A stretch of 64,000 nucleotides of DNA, from the NCBI GenBank assembly GCA_047602545.1, contig JASGHC010000003.1:88266-152265 (forward strand), written 5' to 3'. Below the pieces are notes generated by a model. That model searched no databases. It was not told the DNA's origin and was given only the letters and a program-made list of their open reading frames with translations. Source of the stretch: Micropruina sp. Its GTDB lineage: Bacteria; Actinomycetota; Actinomycetes; Propionibacteriales; Propionibacteriaceae. How positions within the stretch are numbered: the first letter of the stretch is position 1; every line of letters begins with the position of its first letter. Below, in pieces: positions 10,268 to 22,193 of this stretch. A program made the position numbers and the translations under genes.

Positions 10268-13200
10268 TCATTCCTCCGGGTCGTATCCCAGGTTGGGCGA
10301 CAGCCACCGCTCGGCCTTGGCGAGACTCCAGCCCTTGCGTTCGGCGTAGCTCTCCACCTGGTCGCGGGCGAGGCGTCCGACGACGAAGTAGCGGCTGTCC
10401 GGATGGGAGAAGTACCAGCCGGAGACGGCGGCGCCGGGCCACATCGCCATCGACTCGGTGAGTTGAATGCCGGTGCGGCGCTCCACGTCGAGCAGGTTCC
10501 ACAGGGTCTGCTTCTCGGTGTGGTCGGGGCAGGCCGGGTAGCCGGGCGCCGGGCGGATGCCGCGGTACTGCTCGGCGATCAGCGCGTCGTTGTCTAGCGC
10601 CTCGTCGGGGACGTAGCCCCAGAACTCGCGCCGGACCCGCTCGTGCAGCCGCTCCGCGAACGCCTCGGCGAGCCGGTCGGCGAGCGACTCCAGCAGGATG
10701 CCGCTGTAGTCGTCCAGCGACTCACGGAACGCCTTTACCCGCTCCGACGCGCCGAGGCCGCCGGTCACCGCGAAAGCGCCCACCCAGTCGGCCAGTCCGG
10801 TCGACTTGGGTGCCACGTAGTCGGCCAGCGACCGGTTCGGGACGCCCTCGCGGTGATGGCCCTGCTGCCGCAGATGATGCAGCCTCAACCGCACCTCACT
10901 ACGGGATTCGTCGGTGTACAGCTCCAGGTCGTCGTCCACCGCGGAGGCTGGGAAGAAGCCGATCACACCGTTGGCTTGGAGCCAGCCTTCGGCGATCACC
11001 TGATCGAACATGGTCTGCGCGTCGGCCCACAGTTTCCGCGCCGCCTCACCCGAAGCGGGATTGTGCAGAATGTCGGGGTAGCGTCCCTTGAGTTCCCAGG
11101 CGTTGAAGAACGGCTGCCAGTCGATGTAGTTCCGCAACTCGGCCAGCGGGTAGTCGATGAACTCGCGCACCGGCCCGGCGTCCAGCATTGCCGGACGCGG
11201 CGGTACATACCCGGACCAGTTGATCGGCGTCCGCTCCTTCAACGCCTCGGCATAGGGAATCAGCGGCCGGTCGTTGCGCTTGGCGGCGTGCCGTTCCCGG
11301 ATCGACTCGTAGTCGCGGAACACCTCGGCCATGAAGTCGGGACGCTTCTCGTCCGACAGCAGCGCCGCCGCGGTCGGTACCGAGCGGGAGGCGTCCTTCA
11401 CCCACACCACCGGGCCCTTGTAGCGCGGCGCGATCTTCACCGCGGTGTGCGCGCGTGACGTGGTCGCCCCGCCGATCAGCAGCGGCAACTCCAACCCGAG
11501 CCGTTGCAGTTCGGCGGCGAAGTTCGACATCTCGTCCAGGGACGGGGTGATCAGCCCGGACAGCCCGATCATGTCGGCGCCGACCTCTTCGGCGGTGTCC
11601 AGGATCTTCTGCGCCGGCACCATGACGCCGAGGTCGACCACCTCGTAGTTGTTGCACTGCAACACCACGCCGACGATGTTCTTGCCGATATCGTGCACGT
11701 CGCCCTTCACGGTGGCCATCACGATCCGGCCCTTGGTGTAGGCGGCGTCGCCGGGCTTCTTCTCGGCCTCGATGAACGGAATCAGGTGCGCGACGGCCTT
11801 CTTCATCACCCGCGCCGACTTCACCACCTGCGGCAGGAACATCCGGCCGGCGCCGAACAGGTCGCCGACCACGCCCATGCCGTCCATCAGCGGACCCTCG
11901 ATCACATCGAGCGGACGCCCCCCGGAGGCCACCAGCTCGACCCGCATCTCCTCGGTGTCCGCGACCACGTGCTCATCGATGCCCTTCACCAGCGCATGCG
12001 TGATCCGCTCCCGAGCCGGTAGCGACCGCCACTCCTGGACGGCCTCCTCGACCTGGACGCCGGCGACGTTGAAGTCGGCGGCGATCTCGAGCAGCCGCTC
12101 GGTGGCGTCCGGACGCCGGTTCAGCACCACATCCTCGATGCGTTCCCGCAGCCGCGGGTCGATCTCGTCGTAGACCACCAGGGCGCCCGCGTTGACGATG
12201 CCCATGTCCATGCCGGCAGAAATGGCGTGGTAGAGGAACACCGCGTGGATCGCTTCGCGCACCGGGTTGTTGCCGCGGAACGAGAACGACACGTTCGACA
12301 CGCCGCCGGAAATCAGCGCGCCGGGCAGGTTCTGCTTGATCCAGCGGGTGGCCTCGATGAAGTCGACGCCGTAGTTGGCGTGCTCCTCGATGCCGGTGCC
12401 GATCGCGAAGATGTTCGGGTCGAAGATGATGTCGTCGGCCGGGAAGCCGACCTCGTCGACCAGGATTCGGTAGGCCTCGGCGCAGATCTCTTTGCGGCGC
12501 TCAAGGGTGTCGGCCTGGCCGTCGGTGTCGAAGGCCATCACCACGATCGCGGCGCCGTACTTGCGGCACAACCGGGCGTGCTCGACGAACTCGTCGACGC
12601 CGGATTTCATCGAGATCGAGTTGACGATCGGCTTGCCCTGCAGGCAGCGCAGCCCGGCCTCGATCACCTCCCACTTCGACGAGTCGACCATCACCGGCAC
12701 CCGGCAGATGTCCGGTTCCGAGCTGATCAGCTTGCAGAACCGGTCCATCGCGGCGACGCCGTCGATCATGCCCTCGTCCATGTTGATGTCGATGACCTGG
12801 GCGCCGTTCTCCACCTGCTGCCGGGCCACATCAAGCGCAGTGCTGTAGTCACCCTCGCGAATCAACCGCCGGAACCGGGCCGACCCGGTGATGTTGGTGC
12901 GTTCACCGACGTTCACGAACAGCGAATCCGGCGTGATGATGAGCGGCTCCAGCCCGGCCAGCCGCATCGCCGGCGCCGGCTCAGCAGGTAGGCGCGGGGC
13001 GGCGTCCCGGGTGGCGCGGACGATCTTCTCGACGTGCTCGGGGGTGGTGCCGCAGCAGCCGCCGAGAATATTGACCAGCCCGTCGGCGGCGAAACCGGCC
13101 ACGATCGCGGCCATCTCGTCGGGCGTCTGGTCGTACTCGCCGAACGCGTTCGGCAGGCCCGCGTTGGGGTAACAGGAGACGAAACAATCGGCGATCCGGG

Positions 13201-14038
13201 ACAGTTCGGCCACGTAGGGCCGCATCTCGGCCGCACCCAGGGCGCAGTTCAGCCCGACCGCCAGCGGACGGGCGTGCCGGATGCTGGTGAAGAACGCCTC
13301 GGTGACCTGGCCGGACAGGGTCCGTCCGGAGGCGTCGGTGATGGTGCCCGAAATGATCAGCGGCCAGCGGCGTCCGCGCTGCTCGAACAGGGTCTCCAGG
13401 GCAAAGATCGCGGCCTTGGCGTTGAGCGTGTCGAAGACGGTTTCGATCAGCAGGATGTCCGAGCCGCCGTCGACCAGGCCGTCGGCCTGCTCCAGGTAGG
13501 CCTCGACCAGCTCGGTGTAGCTGACGTTGCGGGCTGCCGGATCATTCACATCGGGCGAGATGGACGCCGTCCGGTTGGTCGGGCCGAGTGCTCCGACGAC
13601 ATAGCGCGGACGGCTCGGATCGGACGCGGTCGCCGCGTCGCAGGCCGTCCGGGCCAGCCGGGCCGAGGCCAGGTTCAGCTCGTAGGCCAACGCCTCCATG
13701 CCGTAATCGGCCATCGAGATCCGCTGCGCGTTGAACGTGTTGGTCTCGATGAAGTCGGCGCCGGCGTCCAGGTAGTCGCGGTGGATGGACGCGATGATCT
13801 CCGGCTGGGTCAAGGAGAGCAGGTCGTTGTTGCCCTTGACGTCGCTCGGCCAGTCGGCGAACCGCTCGCCCCGGTAGTCAGCCTCTTCCAGCTTGAACCG
13901 CTGAATCACCGTGCCCATCGCGCCGTCGAGAAAGTGCATTCGGGTCGCCAGGGCGGCTCGCAGGGTCGCGGTGGCGTCCGGGCGAAGCTCGCCGGAAGCG
14001 GGGCGCGAAAGAGTCAGAGTGTCCGAGCGGCTGCTCAC
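10268..14038 (-). CDS. metH: Cobalamin-dependent methionine synthase
   Basis: A GTG start is chosen inside the 1789-aa ORF, giving about 1256 aa. The product contains Hcy-binding, pterin-binding, B12-binding ([11 protein letters not shown]) and AdoMet-activation domains in order. Confidence 0.93.
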   Translation of the reverse strand: MSSRSDTLTLSRPASGELRPDATATLRAALATRMHFLDGAMGTVIQRFKLEEADYRGERFADWPSDVKGNNDLLSLTQPEIIASIHRDYLDAGADFIETNTFNAQRISMADYGMEALAYELNLASARLARTACDAATASDPSRPRYVVGALGPTNRTASISPDVNDPAARNVSYTELVEAYLEQADGLVDGGSDILLIETVFDTLNAKAAIFALETLFEQRGRRWPLIISGTITDASGRTLSGQVTEAFFTSIRHARPLAVGLNCALGAAEMRPYVAELSRIADCFVSCYPNAGLPNAFGEYDQTPDEMAAIVAGFAADGLVNILGGCCGTTPEHVEKIVRATRDAAPRLPAEPAPAMRLAGLEPLIITPDSLFVNVGERTNITGSARFRRLIREGDYSTALDVARQQVENGAQVIDINMDEGMIDGVAAMDRFCKLISSEPDICRVPVMVDSSKWEVIEAGLRCLQGKPIVNSISMKSGVDEFVEHARLCRKYGAAIVVMAFDTDGQADTLERRKEICAEAYRILVDEVGFPADDIIFDPNIFAIGTGIEEHANYGVDFIEATRWIKQNLPGALISGGVSNVSFSFRGNNPVREAIHAVFLYHAISAGMDMGIVNAGALVVYDEIDPRLRERIEDVVLNRRPDATERLLEIAADFNVAGVQVEEAVQEWRSLPARERITHALVKGIDEHVVADTEEMRVELVASGGRPLDVIEGPLMDGMGVVGDLFGAGRMFLPQVVKSARVMKKAVAHLIPFIEAEKKPGDAAYTKGRIVMATVKGDVHDIGKNIVGVVLQCNNYEVVDLGVMVPAQKILDTAEEVGADMIGLSGLITPSLDEMSNFAAELQRLGLELPLLIGGATTSRAHTAVKIAPRYKGPVVWVKDASRSVPTAAALLSDEKRPDFMAEVFRDYESIRERHAAKRNDRPLIPYAEALKERTPINWSGYVPPRPAMLDAGPVREFIDYPLAELRNYIDWQPFFNAWELKGRYPDILHNPASGEAARKLWADAQTMFDQVIAEGWLQANGVIGFFPASAVDDDLELYTDESRSEVRLRLHHLRQQGHHREGVPNRSLADYVAPKSTGLADWVGAFAVTGGLGASERVKAFRESLDDYSGILLESLADRLAEAFAERLHERVRREFWGYVPDEALDNDALIAEQYRGIRPAPGYPACPDHTEKQTLWNLLDVERRTGIQLTESMAMWPGAAVSGWYFSHPDSRYFVVGRLARDQVESYAERKGWSLAKAERWLSPNLGYDPEE

Positions 14039-14176
14039 TGATGCACAATCCCTTCTGAAGTTCTGGCTCACTGTACGCGCCCGCTGCGCGGTTGGTCGCG
14101 GCCCTCCAGCGCGCGGCCCGGCCGGGGACCGCCATCGCGGTCGGGCGAGGTTGCCGGAGGCCCTACCCTTAGGGGC

Positions 14177-15670
14177 GTGCCCTCGATCGTTCGCTCCGTG
14201 CTGTCTGTGGTGACCGCATCGTGCGTGGCGATCGGCGCCGCCGGGTGTGTGCAGACGCTGAGGCCGCTGCCCTCCAGTTCGGCAGGCAGCAGCACGCCGG
14301 CACGTCCGTTCACGGTGCTCACCGAACAGCGGGCGACGACGACCGACCCGGCTGGTGCACGTAACGATTCCGACGCCATGGTGGTGCTCGACCTGTTCCA
14401 GCGGTTGATGCTGGTGCAACCGGGCACCCAGCTGCTCAAGCCCGACCTGGCGAAGGAATGCCTGTTCACCGGTGCTCAGGTTTACGAATGCAGCCTCCCG
14501 AAAGAAGTGGTGTTCTCCAACGGTCGCAGCCTCACCAGCGCGGACGTGAAGTTCAGCATTCTGCGGGCGATCCGGCTGGCGCCGCAACGAATGTCGATGC
14601 TGGGTGCGCTGCGCAGCATCGAAACCCCGGACGCCACCACGGTCCGGTTTCGGCTGAAGTACCCCGACAACCAGTTCGGCTTCGGCCTGGCGGTGCCGGC
14701 GGCGTCCATCGTCGATCGTGAGGTGTATGCCGCCGACAAACTCCGTCCGGTCGAGCAGCCGGCGATCGGCAGCGGGCCGTACCAGCTGGAGTCGTGGGAC
14801 ACCAAGGGGCTCACGATCACCCGCTACCTGCAATACAAGGGGCCCCTCGGCACCGACATGCCACGGATTCGGGTTACCTGGTCCGATTCGCCGACCGCAG
14901 AGGAGGCGCTGGCCGGCGGGCAGGCCGAGATCGTCTGGCGGACCCTGAGCCCCGCCGCGATCGACCGGCTGCAGAACCGAGCCCGCGAGGCCCAGGAGGA
15001 CGGCCGGCAGGCCGGCTACTTCCGCTGGGGCCTGCCCCGGGGCGTGCTGCAGCGACTGGTCTGGCTGACCCGCAGCCCCTACCGTGCGAATGCCGCGCTG
15101 CGGAACGCGGTGGCCCTGGCGCTGCAGGAGGACCGGACCGCCGGTTCGATCCTGCCCAGCATGATCGACGGACACACCGACGCCTTCCCGCTCGGCGGTG
15201 AGCCGAAGATCCCCAAGCTTCAACCGGGCGTCGTGCTCGCCCTGCGCTTCACCGACTCCTCGCCGGCGATGGAGGATCTCGCCAACCACGTGCGCGACAC
15301 CCTGCAGCAGCGCCTGCACATCACTGTGCAGTTGGTCACCGAGTCGGAGCGTGCCGATCTCGAGCTGACCGACAGCGGCCCGATGACGAACACCGCGATC
15401 GGCTGGTTGCAGGACTACCTGAAGAACCCGTTGCCGGGCAGTGCCGGCAAACTGTCCGACCTGGAGGAGCGGATCCGGTCCTCCAGCCGGGACGCGGTGC
15501 AGCTGCCGGCGCTGATCGAGATCCAGAAGCAGGCGGCGGCGGACGCCACCGTCGTTCCGATCGCCGAGGTCGACGGGGTGCTGTTCCTGCGGGACCGGGT
15601 GGACCTGGTCGGCGAGGCGTTCGGACCGGGATGGCAATTGGCCTTGTGGGGAGCACGATGGCGGAACTGA
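14177..15670 (+). CDS. ABC transporter substrate-binding lipoprotein (family 5, peptide/nickel type)
   Basis: 497 aa with a signal peptide and lipobox (AIGAAGC). Length and composition fit an SBP_bac_5-like protein. Confidence 0.7.
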   Translation: MPSIVRSVLSVVTASCVAIGAAGCVQTLRPLPSSSAGSSTPARPFTVLTEQRATTTDPAGARNDSDAMVVLDLFQRLMLVQPGTQLLKPDLAKECLFTGAQVYECSLPKEVVFSNGRSLTSADVKFSILRAIRLAPQRMSMLGALRSIETPDATTVRFRLKYPDNQFGFGLAVPAASIVDREVYAADKLRPVEQPAIGSGPYQLESWDTKGLTITRYLQYKGPLGTDMPRIRVTWSDSPTAEEALAGGQAEIVWRTLSPAAIDRLQNRAREAQEDGRQAGYFRWGLPRGVLQRLVWLTRSPYRANAALRNAVALALQEDRTAGSILPSMIDGHTDAFPLGGEPKIPKLQPGVVLALRFTDSSPAMEDLANHVRDTLQQRLHITVQLVTESERADLELTDSGPMTNTAIGWLQDYLKNPLPGSAGKLSDLEERIRSSSRDAVQLPALIEIQKQAAADATVVPIAEVDGVLFLRDRVDLVGEAFGPGWQLALWGARWRN

Positions 15671-16566
15671 ATGGGGTACACACCGGGCCGTTGCAGGCAG
15701 GTGAGCGGGTCACCCTGACCGATCCGAAGGGACGCCGCCACTCGCTGCTGCTGGCGTCGGGGGCAACCTTTCACACGAGCAAGGGCGGCATCAGCCACGA
15801 TGCGCTGATCGGCGGGCCGGACGGCAACGTGGTGACGTCGGCGGGCGGCATCGCCTACGTGGCGTTCCGTCCGTTGCTGGAGGAGTTCACCGTCACCATG
15901 CCTCGTGGTGCTGCGGTCATCTATCCCAAGGACGCCGCCCAGATCCTGGTGCAGACCGACATCTTCCCCGGTGCCCGGGTGCTCGAGGCCGGGGTGGGTT
16001 CGGGCTCGCTGTCGATGCACCTACTGCGGACGATCGGTCCAGGCGGACGGCTCTACTCCTATGAGCGGCGGGCCGACTTCGCCGCCGTCGCGGAGCGCAA
16101 CGTGGAGCGCTTCTTCGGCGCGCCCCACCCGGCGTGGGAGGTGCGGATCGGCGACCTCGTCGAGACGATCGGCCCCGAGCCGGTGGACCGCGCCATTCTC
16201 GACATGTTGGCGCCCTGGGAGTGCATCGACGCGGTGGGCAGGGTGCTGGTGGCCGGCGGCATGCTGTGCTGCTACGTGGCGACAGCGACTCAGCTCGGGC
16301 GCACCATGGACACCCTGCGGGCGCATGGCGGGTTCACCGAACCGGCGGGGAGCGAGTTGTCGGTGCGGCAGTGGCATGCCGAGGGCCTGGCGATCCGGCC
16401 CGGACATGCCACCACCGGGCACACCGGCTTCCTGATCTTCAGCCGCCGGTTGGCGCCCGGCGTGACCGCTCCGTTGCGCCGGCGGCGTCCGGCACCGGGG
16501 GCGTACGGACCCGACTACAGCGGTCCGCGTCCGCCCGGGGTGGCGGTGGAGGAGACCGGGGAGTGA
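15658..16566 (+). CDS. trmI: tRNA (adenine58-N1)-methyltransferase TrmI
   Basis: MAELNGV...[11 protein letters not shown]...IYPKDAAQI...[12 protein letters not shown]. The position directly upstream of arc matches the mycobacterial arrangement. Confidence 0.85.
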   Translation: MAELNGVHTGPLQAGERVTLTDPKGRRHSLLLASGATFHTSKGGISHDALIGGPDGNVVTSAGGIAYVAFRPLLEEFTVTMPRGAAVIYPKDAAQILVQTDIFPGARVLEAGVGSGSLSMHLLRTIGPGGRLYSYERRADFAAVAERNVERFFGAPHPAWEVRIGDLVETIGPEPVDRAILDMLAPWECIDAVGRVLVAGGMLCCYVATATQLGRTMDTLRAHGGFTEPAGSELSVRQWHAEGLAIRPGHATTGHTGFLIFSRRLAPGVTAPLRRRRPAPGAYGPDYSGPRPPGVAVEETGE

Positions 16567-18176
16567 ATGCCTCGGGTGACCCGCTTGCCGAGGCCCGCGA
16601 GTTGGCCGAGGCTCGTGGTCGCGCCGCGGAGCTGGCGGAACGCCGGCTCGCCAACGCCCGTGCGGATGCCCGAGCACTCGCCCAGACCAACGAGAAGCTG
16701 AACACCACGCTGCGTGAGGCGCGCGAGTCACTGGTGGCGTTGCGCGATCAGCTGGAGGCGCTGTCAACTCCTCCGCAAGCCCATGGTGTGCTGGTCGGGG
16801 TTGCCGGTGATGGGCTGGTCGACGTGTCGGTCGGCGGACGGGTGCTGCGCGTCGCGGTGGCGCCGGAGGTGGCGGACGCCGAGCTGGGCGCGGGCGTCCC
16901 GGTGCTGCTGAACGAGGCGATGATGCTGGTCGGGCTCGGCCCGGAACCCGCGCAGTTGGACGTGGTGATCGTCAAGGACGTGCTGGCCGACGGCCGGTTG
17001 CTGGTGGCTGGCGGCGGTGACGACGAGCATGTCGTGACGGCGGCGTCCGGGGCAGCCGGTGCGCAGCCGGGGCAGAGCGTGGCCGCGGATCGTCGGGCCG
17101 GCGTCGCGCTGTGGGTGGTGGAGCGTACCGAGGTCAACGACCTGCTGCTCGACGAGGTGCCGGAGGTCGACTATTCCGACATCGGTGGGCTGGGCGGCCA
17201 GATCGAACAGATTCGGGACGCCGTCGAACTGCCGTTCCTGCACCGCGACCTTTATGCCCGGTATCAACTGCCGGCGCCGAAGGGCGTGCTTTTGTACGGA
17301 CCGCCCGGCTGTGGCAAGACGATGATCGCCAAGGCGGTCGCGAATTCGCTGGCCGAACAGGTCGGTGGGGGAGTGGGCAGTCATTTCCTGAACATCAAGG
17401 GCCCCGAACTGCTGAACAAGTATGTGGGGGAGACCGAACGACAGATCCGGGTGATCTTCGCCACGGCCCGCGAACACGCCGCCGACGGACGTCCGGTGAT
17501 CGTGTTCTTCGACGAGATGGATTCCCTGTTCCGCACCCGCGGCAGCGGCGTCAGTTCCGACATGGAATCGACGGTCGTGCCGCAGCTGCTGAGCGAAATC
17601 GACGGCGTCGAGGGCCTGTCGAATGTGATCATCATCGGCGCGACCAACCGCGAGGACCTGATCGACCCGGCGATTCTGCGACCCGGACGGCTCGACGTGA
17701 AGATCAAACTCGATCGCCCGGATGCGGCGTCCGCCGAAGAGATTCTGGACAAATACCTGACCGTCGAAACTCCGTTGCGGCTGGCCGACGACGCTGATGC
17801 GGAGGCGTACCGGCGGCGGCTGGTCGAGGCGACCGTCGCGGTGCTGTACGCCGAGACCGACGAGAACCGCTTCCTCGAGGTCACCTACGCCTCCGGTGAC
17901 CGTGAAGTGCTCTACGTCAAGGACTTCGTCTCGGGCGCCATGCTGGCCAACGTGGTCGGACGGGCCAAGAAGGCGGCCATCAAGGAGGTGCTCGCCGGCG
18001 GCCCGGACGGCGTTCGGGTCGAGCATCTGATCGAGGCGTGCGCGGCGGAGATCGCCGAGAACGAGGACCTGCCGAACACCACCAATCCGGACGACTGGGC
18101 ACGCATCTCCGGCCGCAAGGGCGAGCGGATCACCTTCATGCGCACCCTGCGAGGTGGACGCCAGGTCAGCCCGTAG
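16563..18176 (+). CDS. arc: Proteasome-associated AAA ATPase ARC/Mpa
   Basis: The GTG start overlaps the trmI stop. An N-terminal coiled coil is followed by an OB region and an AAA module (GPPGCGKT Walker [10 protein letters not shown] Walker B). Confidence 0.9.
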   Translation: MNASGDPLAEARELAEARGRAAELAERRLANARADARALAQTNEKLNTTLREARESLVALRDQLEALSTPPQAHGVLVGVAGDGLVDVSVGGRVLRVAVAPEVADAELGAGVPVLLNEAMMLVGLGPEPAQLDVVIVKDVLADGRLLVAGGGDDEHVVTAASGAAGAQPGQSVAADRRAGVALWVVERTEVNDLLLDEVPEVDYSDIGGLGGQIEQIRDAVELPFLHRDLYARYQLPAPKGVLLYGPPGCGKTMIAKAVANSLAEQVGGGVGSHFLNIKGPELLNKYVGETERQIRVIFATAREHAADGRPVIVFFDEMDSLFRTRGSGVSSDMESTVVPQLLSEIDGVEGLSNVIIIGATNREDLIDPAILRPGRLDVKIKLDRPDAASAEEILDKYLTVETPLRLADDADAEAYRRRLVEATVAVLYAETDENRFLEVTYASGDREVLYVKDFVSGAMLANVVGRAKKAAIKEVLAGGPDGVRVEHLIEACAAEIAENEDLPNTTNPDDWARISGRKGERITFMRTLRGGRQVSP

Positions 18177-18680
18177 GGTCGGTTCGCTTCCCGCTGGTCG
18201 AGCGGGTCGTGACCTGAGCGCTTTCCTCGGTCGAGGTTGTAGGGCGGCGTTTGTCGTCGGTCGAGGTTGTCGGCCGCGTTCCCGTGGGCCGAGCTTTCGA
18301 GACACCGACGATCGCAGTGCTTGTTCGCCCTTCGTTGAGCATGGATCCGGTTGATCGGCCTTGGTTTGGACCTTGGTGTGTGTGCGTGCGTGGCTTGTCG
18401 AGACCCTGCTGTGCCGCGGTGTGTCCTTCGCCTCTTGTCGAGTCGGACCCGGTTGGTTGACCTTGGTCCGGACCCTGGTGAGTGCTTCGTGGAGGCGCGG
18501 CGAGTGTCACAAGCTCCGACTCCTCGTTGCCCGAGCTTGTCGAGACCCTGTCGCGTTGCTGGTCGGGCGTTGTGGATGGAGCGGGTTGATGCGGACGAAT
18601 TCTTAGTCATCCTGTGGATAACTCTCCATCGGGTCGCGGGGCGTGTCAGACTCGGCGGAATCGTTCCCTGGGGAGGCCCG

Positions 18681-19280
18681 ATGAAGTACCTGTTGGCTCC
18701 GGTCGTCGTGGTGTTGTTGGTCGGATGTACGCAGACCGTGGCACCGTCCGCCAGCCCATCCGCGCAACCCACACCGTCGACGGCGACGCCCAGTGCGCGA
18801 CCGACGTGTGCGCCGATGGGAGGGACCCCCTACCCGTGCTCCGCTGACGAGTATCAGAAGGTTCAAGAGCAGAACCAGCTGACCGAGGAGGCGATCGCGC
18901 TTTACAGACGGTGGAACAAGGAAAGCACCCGGTTGTATCGCACTGGCGGCGCGAGTAAGCCGACGCCTGAGATGTTGGAGACAACGGCGGGGCAGTTCCG
19001 GGCGAGTGTTTCGGATCTCTTCCGAGACTTGAAGAACTCCGAGACCCGGGCCGTCTCGGGTGCAGTGAAGATCGTGACCATTCGGCCGGACCATCGCTCT
19101 GGTATGGAGCCAGGAGCGATTGCCATTACGGCGTGTTTGGATGGCAGGTCGCTTAACTTCGAGCGGAGCGGGAAGTCCATTGCACGGGGAACGATGGCTG
19201 TCGAGGACGTAACGGTAAAGCCGGTGTCGAGGCAACTGCGCCTATGGTCCGTGCGATCGGGGAAAGTCACGTCATGCTGA
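18681..19280 (+). CDS. Lipoprotein of unknown function (cassette copy 1, gene 1)
   Basis: MKYLLAPVVVVLLVGC carries a lipobox and a GGAGG lies upstream. The stop overlaps the start of the next gene (ATGCTGA). Confidence 0.65.
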   Translation: MKYLLAPVVVVLLVGCTQTVAPSASPSAQPTPSTATPSARPTCAPMGGTPYPCSADEYQKVQEQNQLTEEAIALYRRWNKESTRLYRTGGASKPTPEMLETTAGQFRASVSDLFRDLKNSETRAVSGAVKIVTIRPDHRSGMEPGAIAITACLDGRSLNFERSGKSIARGTMAVEDVTVKPVSRQLRLWSVRSGKVTSC

Positions 19281-20119
19281 GACCTTTGATCCGAGTCACG
19301 GTTTCGGCTATCTGCGTGCTCGCGGTTGTTCTGGGAATGGCTGCCACTCCGGCGTATGCAGAACGTGATGAGAACGACCGGAACTCGGAGGGGTCGTCGA
19401 AGACGGACAGGGCTCGAATCAAGATCGAGACTGGAAAAGGTAAGGCTGATGGTGCGTTCAGTTTTCTACTAGGTAGGACGCATCGGAACGGCCCGAATCA
19501 GAAGAGGTGGGCTGGCGCAAGCAACAGCAAGAAGGAGATCCCGGAGAAGGGTCGCCGCACGATCGTGTTGGAGTGTTGGGAGAGGACTCAGGATGATTCG
19601 TGTTTCGATCTGGATGGTCCCAGTGGTGTGGTGATGTTGACTGGTCCGTTGGCTCGGGCGATGGCGGTGAATTTGGTGGCGCGGTTGCGGTTTCCGGCGC
19701 CGGCGCCGGTCTTTGGTCCGGATCCGAGCAAGAACGAGTGGAGGATGCTGGCGGTTGGGTTCCCGGTGTGGTTGTGGACGGAGGGGCCGACGACGGTGTC
19801 CACGTTGACGAGCTCGAACGGTTTTACTTTCCGGATGACGGCGCGGTGGCGTTCGACGACTTTCCGCATGGGTGATGGTGATTCGGTGACTTGTACGGCG
19901 ATGACGAAGTATTCTGCGTCGGTGAAGTCGGGGACGGCGTCCCCGGATTGTGGTCATGTGTATGCCAAGCCGTCTTTGCCGAAGGGCAAGTACCAGGTGC
20001 GGGCGGTTGCTGATTGGGATGTTGCGTGGTCGGTTGCGGGGTTCTCTGGTGTGATTCCGGCCTATAACGAGGCGTCGGCCAGCATCCCGATCGGTGAGCT
20101 GTCCGCCCTCAATCGGTAG
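19274..20119 (+). CDS. Secreted protein of unknown function (cassette copy 1, gene 2)
   Basis: The signal peptide reads MLRPLIRVTVSAICVLAVVLGMAATPAYA/E. The C-terminal 200 aa are nearly identical to the copy at 23535..24353. Confidence 0.65.
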   Translation: MLRPLIRVTVSAICVLAVVLGMAATPAYAERDENDRNSEGSSKTDRARIKIETGKGKADGAFSFLLGRTHRNGPNQKRWAGASNSKKEIPEKGRRTIVLECWERTQDDSCFDLDGPSGVVMLTGPLARAMAVNLVARLRFPAPAPVFGPDPSKNEWRMLAVGFPVWLWTEGPTTVSTLTSSNGFTFRMTARWRSTTFRMGDGDSVTCTAMTKYSASVKSGTASPDCGHVYAKPSLPKGKYQVRAVADWDVAWSVAGFSGVIPAYNEASASIPIGELSALNR

Positions 20120-20840
20120 GGACGCGGTGACCATCGTTCGGTTGAGGGACGCTCTCACCCGTCGTTCGGTAGGGCGCGCTCACCGTCGTTCGGTAGGGGA
20201 GACGCTGATCATCGTTGGTCGAGCTTGTCGAGACCTCGGTTCCGCACCGCTGAGACGAGGGTGCTGACAAGTCGAGCCAGCGGCGTCCTGTTGGTCAGTA
20301 GGGCGGTCGTCACCGTTCTCGAGAACCTCTGGAAGCGTTACAGCGCACTCCAATCACGGTGCGTGTACTTCTTGCCGCCGTCCACGCCTTGGGGGACCCG
20401 ACCGCGGTTCCGGTGCGAGCCACAGGTCTCACGCAGCGTTGCCGGCGTGCAGTGCCGGCCTGACTCGTCAACACGTGTCTCGGGACTAAGCAGGGACACC
20501 CCGAGCCGAGACACCCCGAGCGGGCTTCCCCGTGGCTGTCGCGGACATCTGCACTGGCGGCCGAGATCGTTCATGCCTGCACCGCAGGGCCCACATGCTG
20601 CGACGTCAACTCGTGCTTTGAGTTCGCTAATGATGGTGCCCGCCGAGCCGACCTTGATCGATCTAGACACGTGCTTCGACGGCTGATCAATGCGGCCTCC
20701 GTCCGCACAGGCGTGCGGCCTTCCTGAGCAAACGCCTGGTCCTGCGGTGCTGCTATCGACCAGGCGAATAGCCGCGCGGTATCCGTTCCTAACCGGAAGC
20801 GGGCTGCGGCAGTTCCACTGCACAGAAATGATGTCGCCAG

Positions 20841-22193
20841 CTATTCGGGTGGTCGGAATCGTTGGTGACGTCGTGGTTGTCGATGTTTATCCACAAAGCG
20901 TGGCGGAATCAGTTCCGCTATCCCATCGGCCGAGATGCGGATCTCCCATTGCAACTCAGTTGCCCGTTTCCGGTCGGGCTCCAACAAATTGTGGTGATGT
21001 TTACACAACAAACACAGATTCGACAACGCTGTCGGCCCGCCTTGTACCCACGGGGTGATGTGGTGGGCGTCGCAATCAGCTGCTGGACGGTTGCAGCCGG
21101 GAAACACGCAGCCTTGGTCGCGGACGTGTAGGGCGTGGCGAATGTCAGGGGTCACCAGCCGTTGTTCGCGCCCCACGTCCAGCACCCCGGACGGCCCACC
21201 CAGGATCACCGGCAGCACGCCGGCGTCGCACGCGTACTGGCGGAGCTGGCCTGCGGTCAGTTGGGTGCCGTCAGCCAGACCGGCGCCGTGGCAGTCGTTG
21301 AGCAGGTCGTCGTAGTTGATCAGGATCGTGAGGTGCGGCCGGTCGCCACCGTGCTTGGGGGCGTCGCGGTGGATCGCGATCCGGCGGGCCAACTCGACCA
21401 GCGCATCAGCCCGGCGTTGCGGCCACGATGGTTGCGGCACTCCCGGATCGCGGAGTTCCAGGGCGGTGCGATGCATCTGCTGCGCCAACGCTTCGATCTG
21501 TTCCTTGATCAGTGCCGCGTCCGCGCTGGGCAGGCTGCCTTTGATGGTGGTGGACCCGTGCCCATCGTCGGAAAAGTTCAAATGCCGGGCTTGCTGGGCG
21601 TCGCGTAGTTCCCGTTCCTGCCGTTTTGCCTCGGCCTCCTCCGCCACTTCGGGTGCCACCATCTCCAGCAGGTAGCGCGACAAGCCGGCCAGGTAGTGGC
21701 TGTCGAACTGCTCACAATGCTCGACCATCGTCGCTTGCGCCTTCGCTTCGGCTTCGGCACCCAGATCGGCAGGCAGCTTCTTCAACACCTGCGTCACAGC
21801 TTGGGCCTGCCGATCGTTCGCCCGCCCGTCCCTGAGAGCATCGCCGAGTTGCGTGAACCGATACAGATCTTTCGCGTGGTGCACCATCGCCGAGGCTTGG
21901 CCGCGGGTGTAGCGCAACTCGGCTGCCAACCAGCTGGTGGTTGGGAGGCCGTGGGCGGTCATCGCCGCGTCGGCCCGGTCGACCTGGCCGAGCACGGTGT
22001 GCAGCACACCCGAGAGCCGCGACTGCACCGTGAGCAGGTCAGCGACCAGATCCAACTGCTTCCGATCGGTCAGAAGCGTCACCGTGTTGTAGTCGAGGTG
22101 ATCGAGCAGGCCGGTGACCACGGTGGCGAAATCCGCCACCGCCGTCCCCACCTCTGCCCCGATACTCATACCACTCATCCTCAACGTCGCCAC
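20841..22193 (-). CDS. DUF222 / HNH endonuclease protein (REP13E12-like)
   Basis: 450 aa. The C-terminal HNH signature reads CVFPGCNRPAADCDAHHITPW...LCKHHHNL. The N-terminal region has the DUF222-type pattern known from mycobacterial 13E12 repeat proteins. Confidence 0.85.
   Translation of the reverse strand: MATLRMSGMSIGAEVGTAVADFATVVTGLLDHLDYNTVTLLTDRKQLDLVADLLTVQSRLSGVLHTVLGQVDRADAAMTAHGLPTTSWLAAELRYTRGQASAMVHHAKDLYRFTQLGDALRDGRANDRQAQAVTQVLKKLPADLGAEAEAKAQATMVEHCEQFDSHYLAGLSRYLLEMVAPEVAEEAEAKRQERELRDAQQARHLNFSDDGHGSTTIKGSLPSADAALIKEQIEALAQQMHRTALELRDPGVPQPSWPQRRADALVELARRIAIHRDAPKHGGDRPHLTILINYDDLLNDCHGAGLADGTQLTAGQLRQYACDAGVLPVILGGPSGVLDVGREQRLVTPDIRHALHVRDQGCVFPGCNRPAADCDAHHITPWVQGGPTALSNLCLLCKHHHNLLEPDRKRATELQWEIRISADGIAELIPPRFVDKHRQPRRHQRFRPPE

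Noticed and set aside
14039-15637. N-terminal 533 codons of the 1789-aa ORF 10268..15637 as part of metH.
   Set aside because: That part is Arg/Pro/Gly-rich nonsense antisense to a good solute-binding lipoprotein gene. MetH homology starts at ...[18 protein letters not shown], just after the GTG at 14038.
16134-16562. Upstream extension of arc (ORF start at 16134). Similar upstream extensions exist for rpe (7429), trmI (15631), corA (55214) and the sigma factor (57323).
   Set aside because: The extensions overlap the preceding genes or have non-protein-like composition. Internal starts fit the family N-termini and, in several cases, have a Shine-Dalgarno sequence.
18613-18621. Perfect E. coli-type DnaA box (TTATCCACA on the minus strand) in the conserved cassette leader, repeated at 22863..22871.
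   Set aside because: These are single isolated 9-mers inside a duplicated promoter/leader, with no box cluster, no AT-rich unwinding element and no dnaA/dnaN context. The actinobacterial consensus also differs (TTGTCCACA). They are probably coincidental or an unrelated operator.
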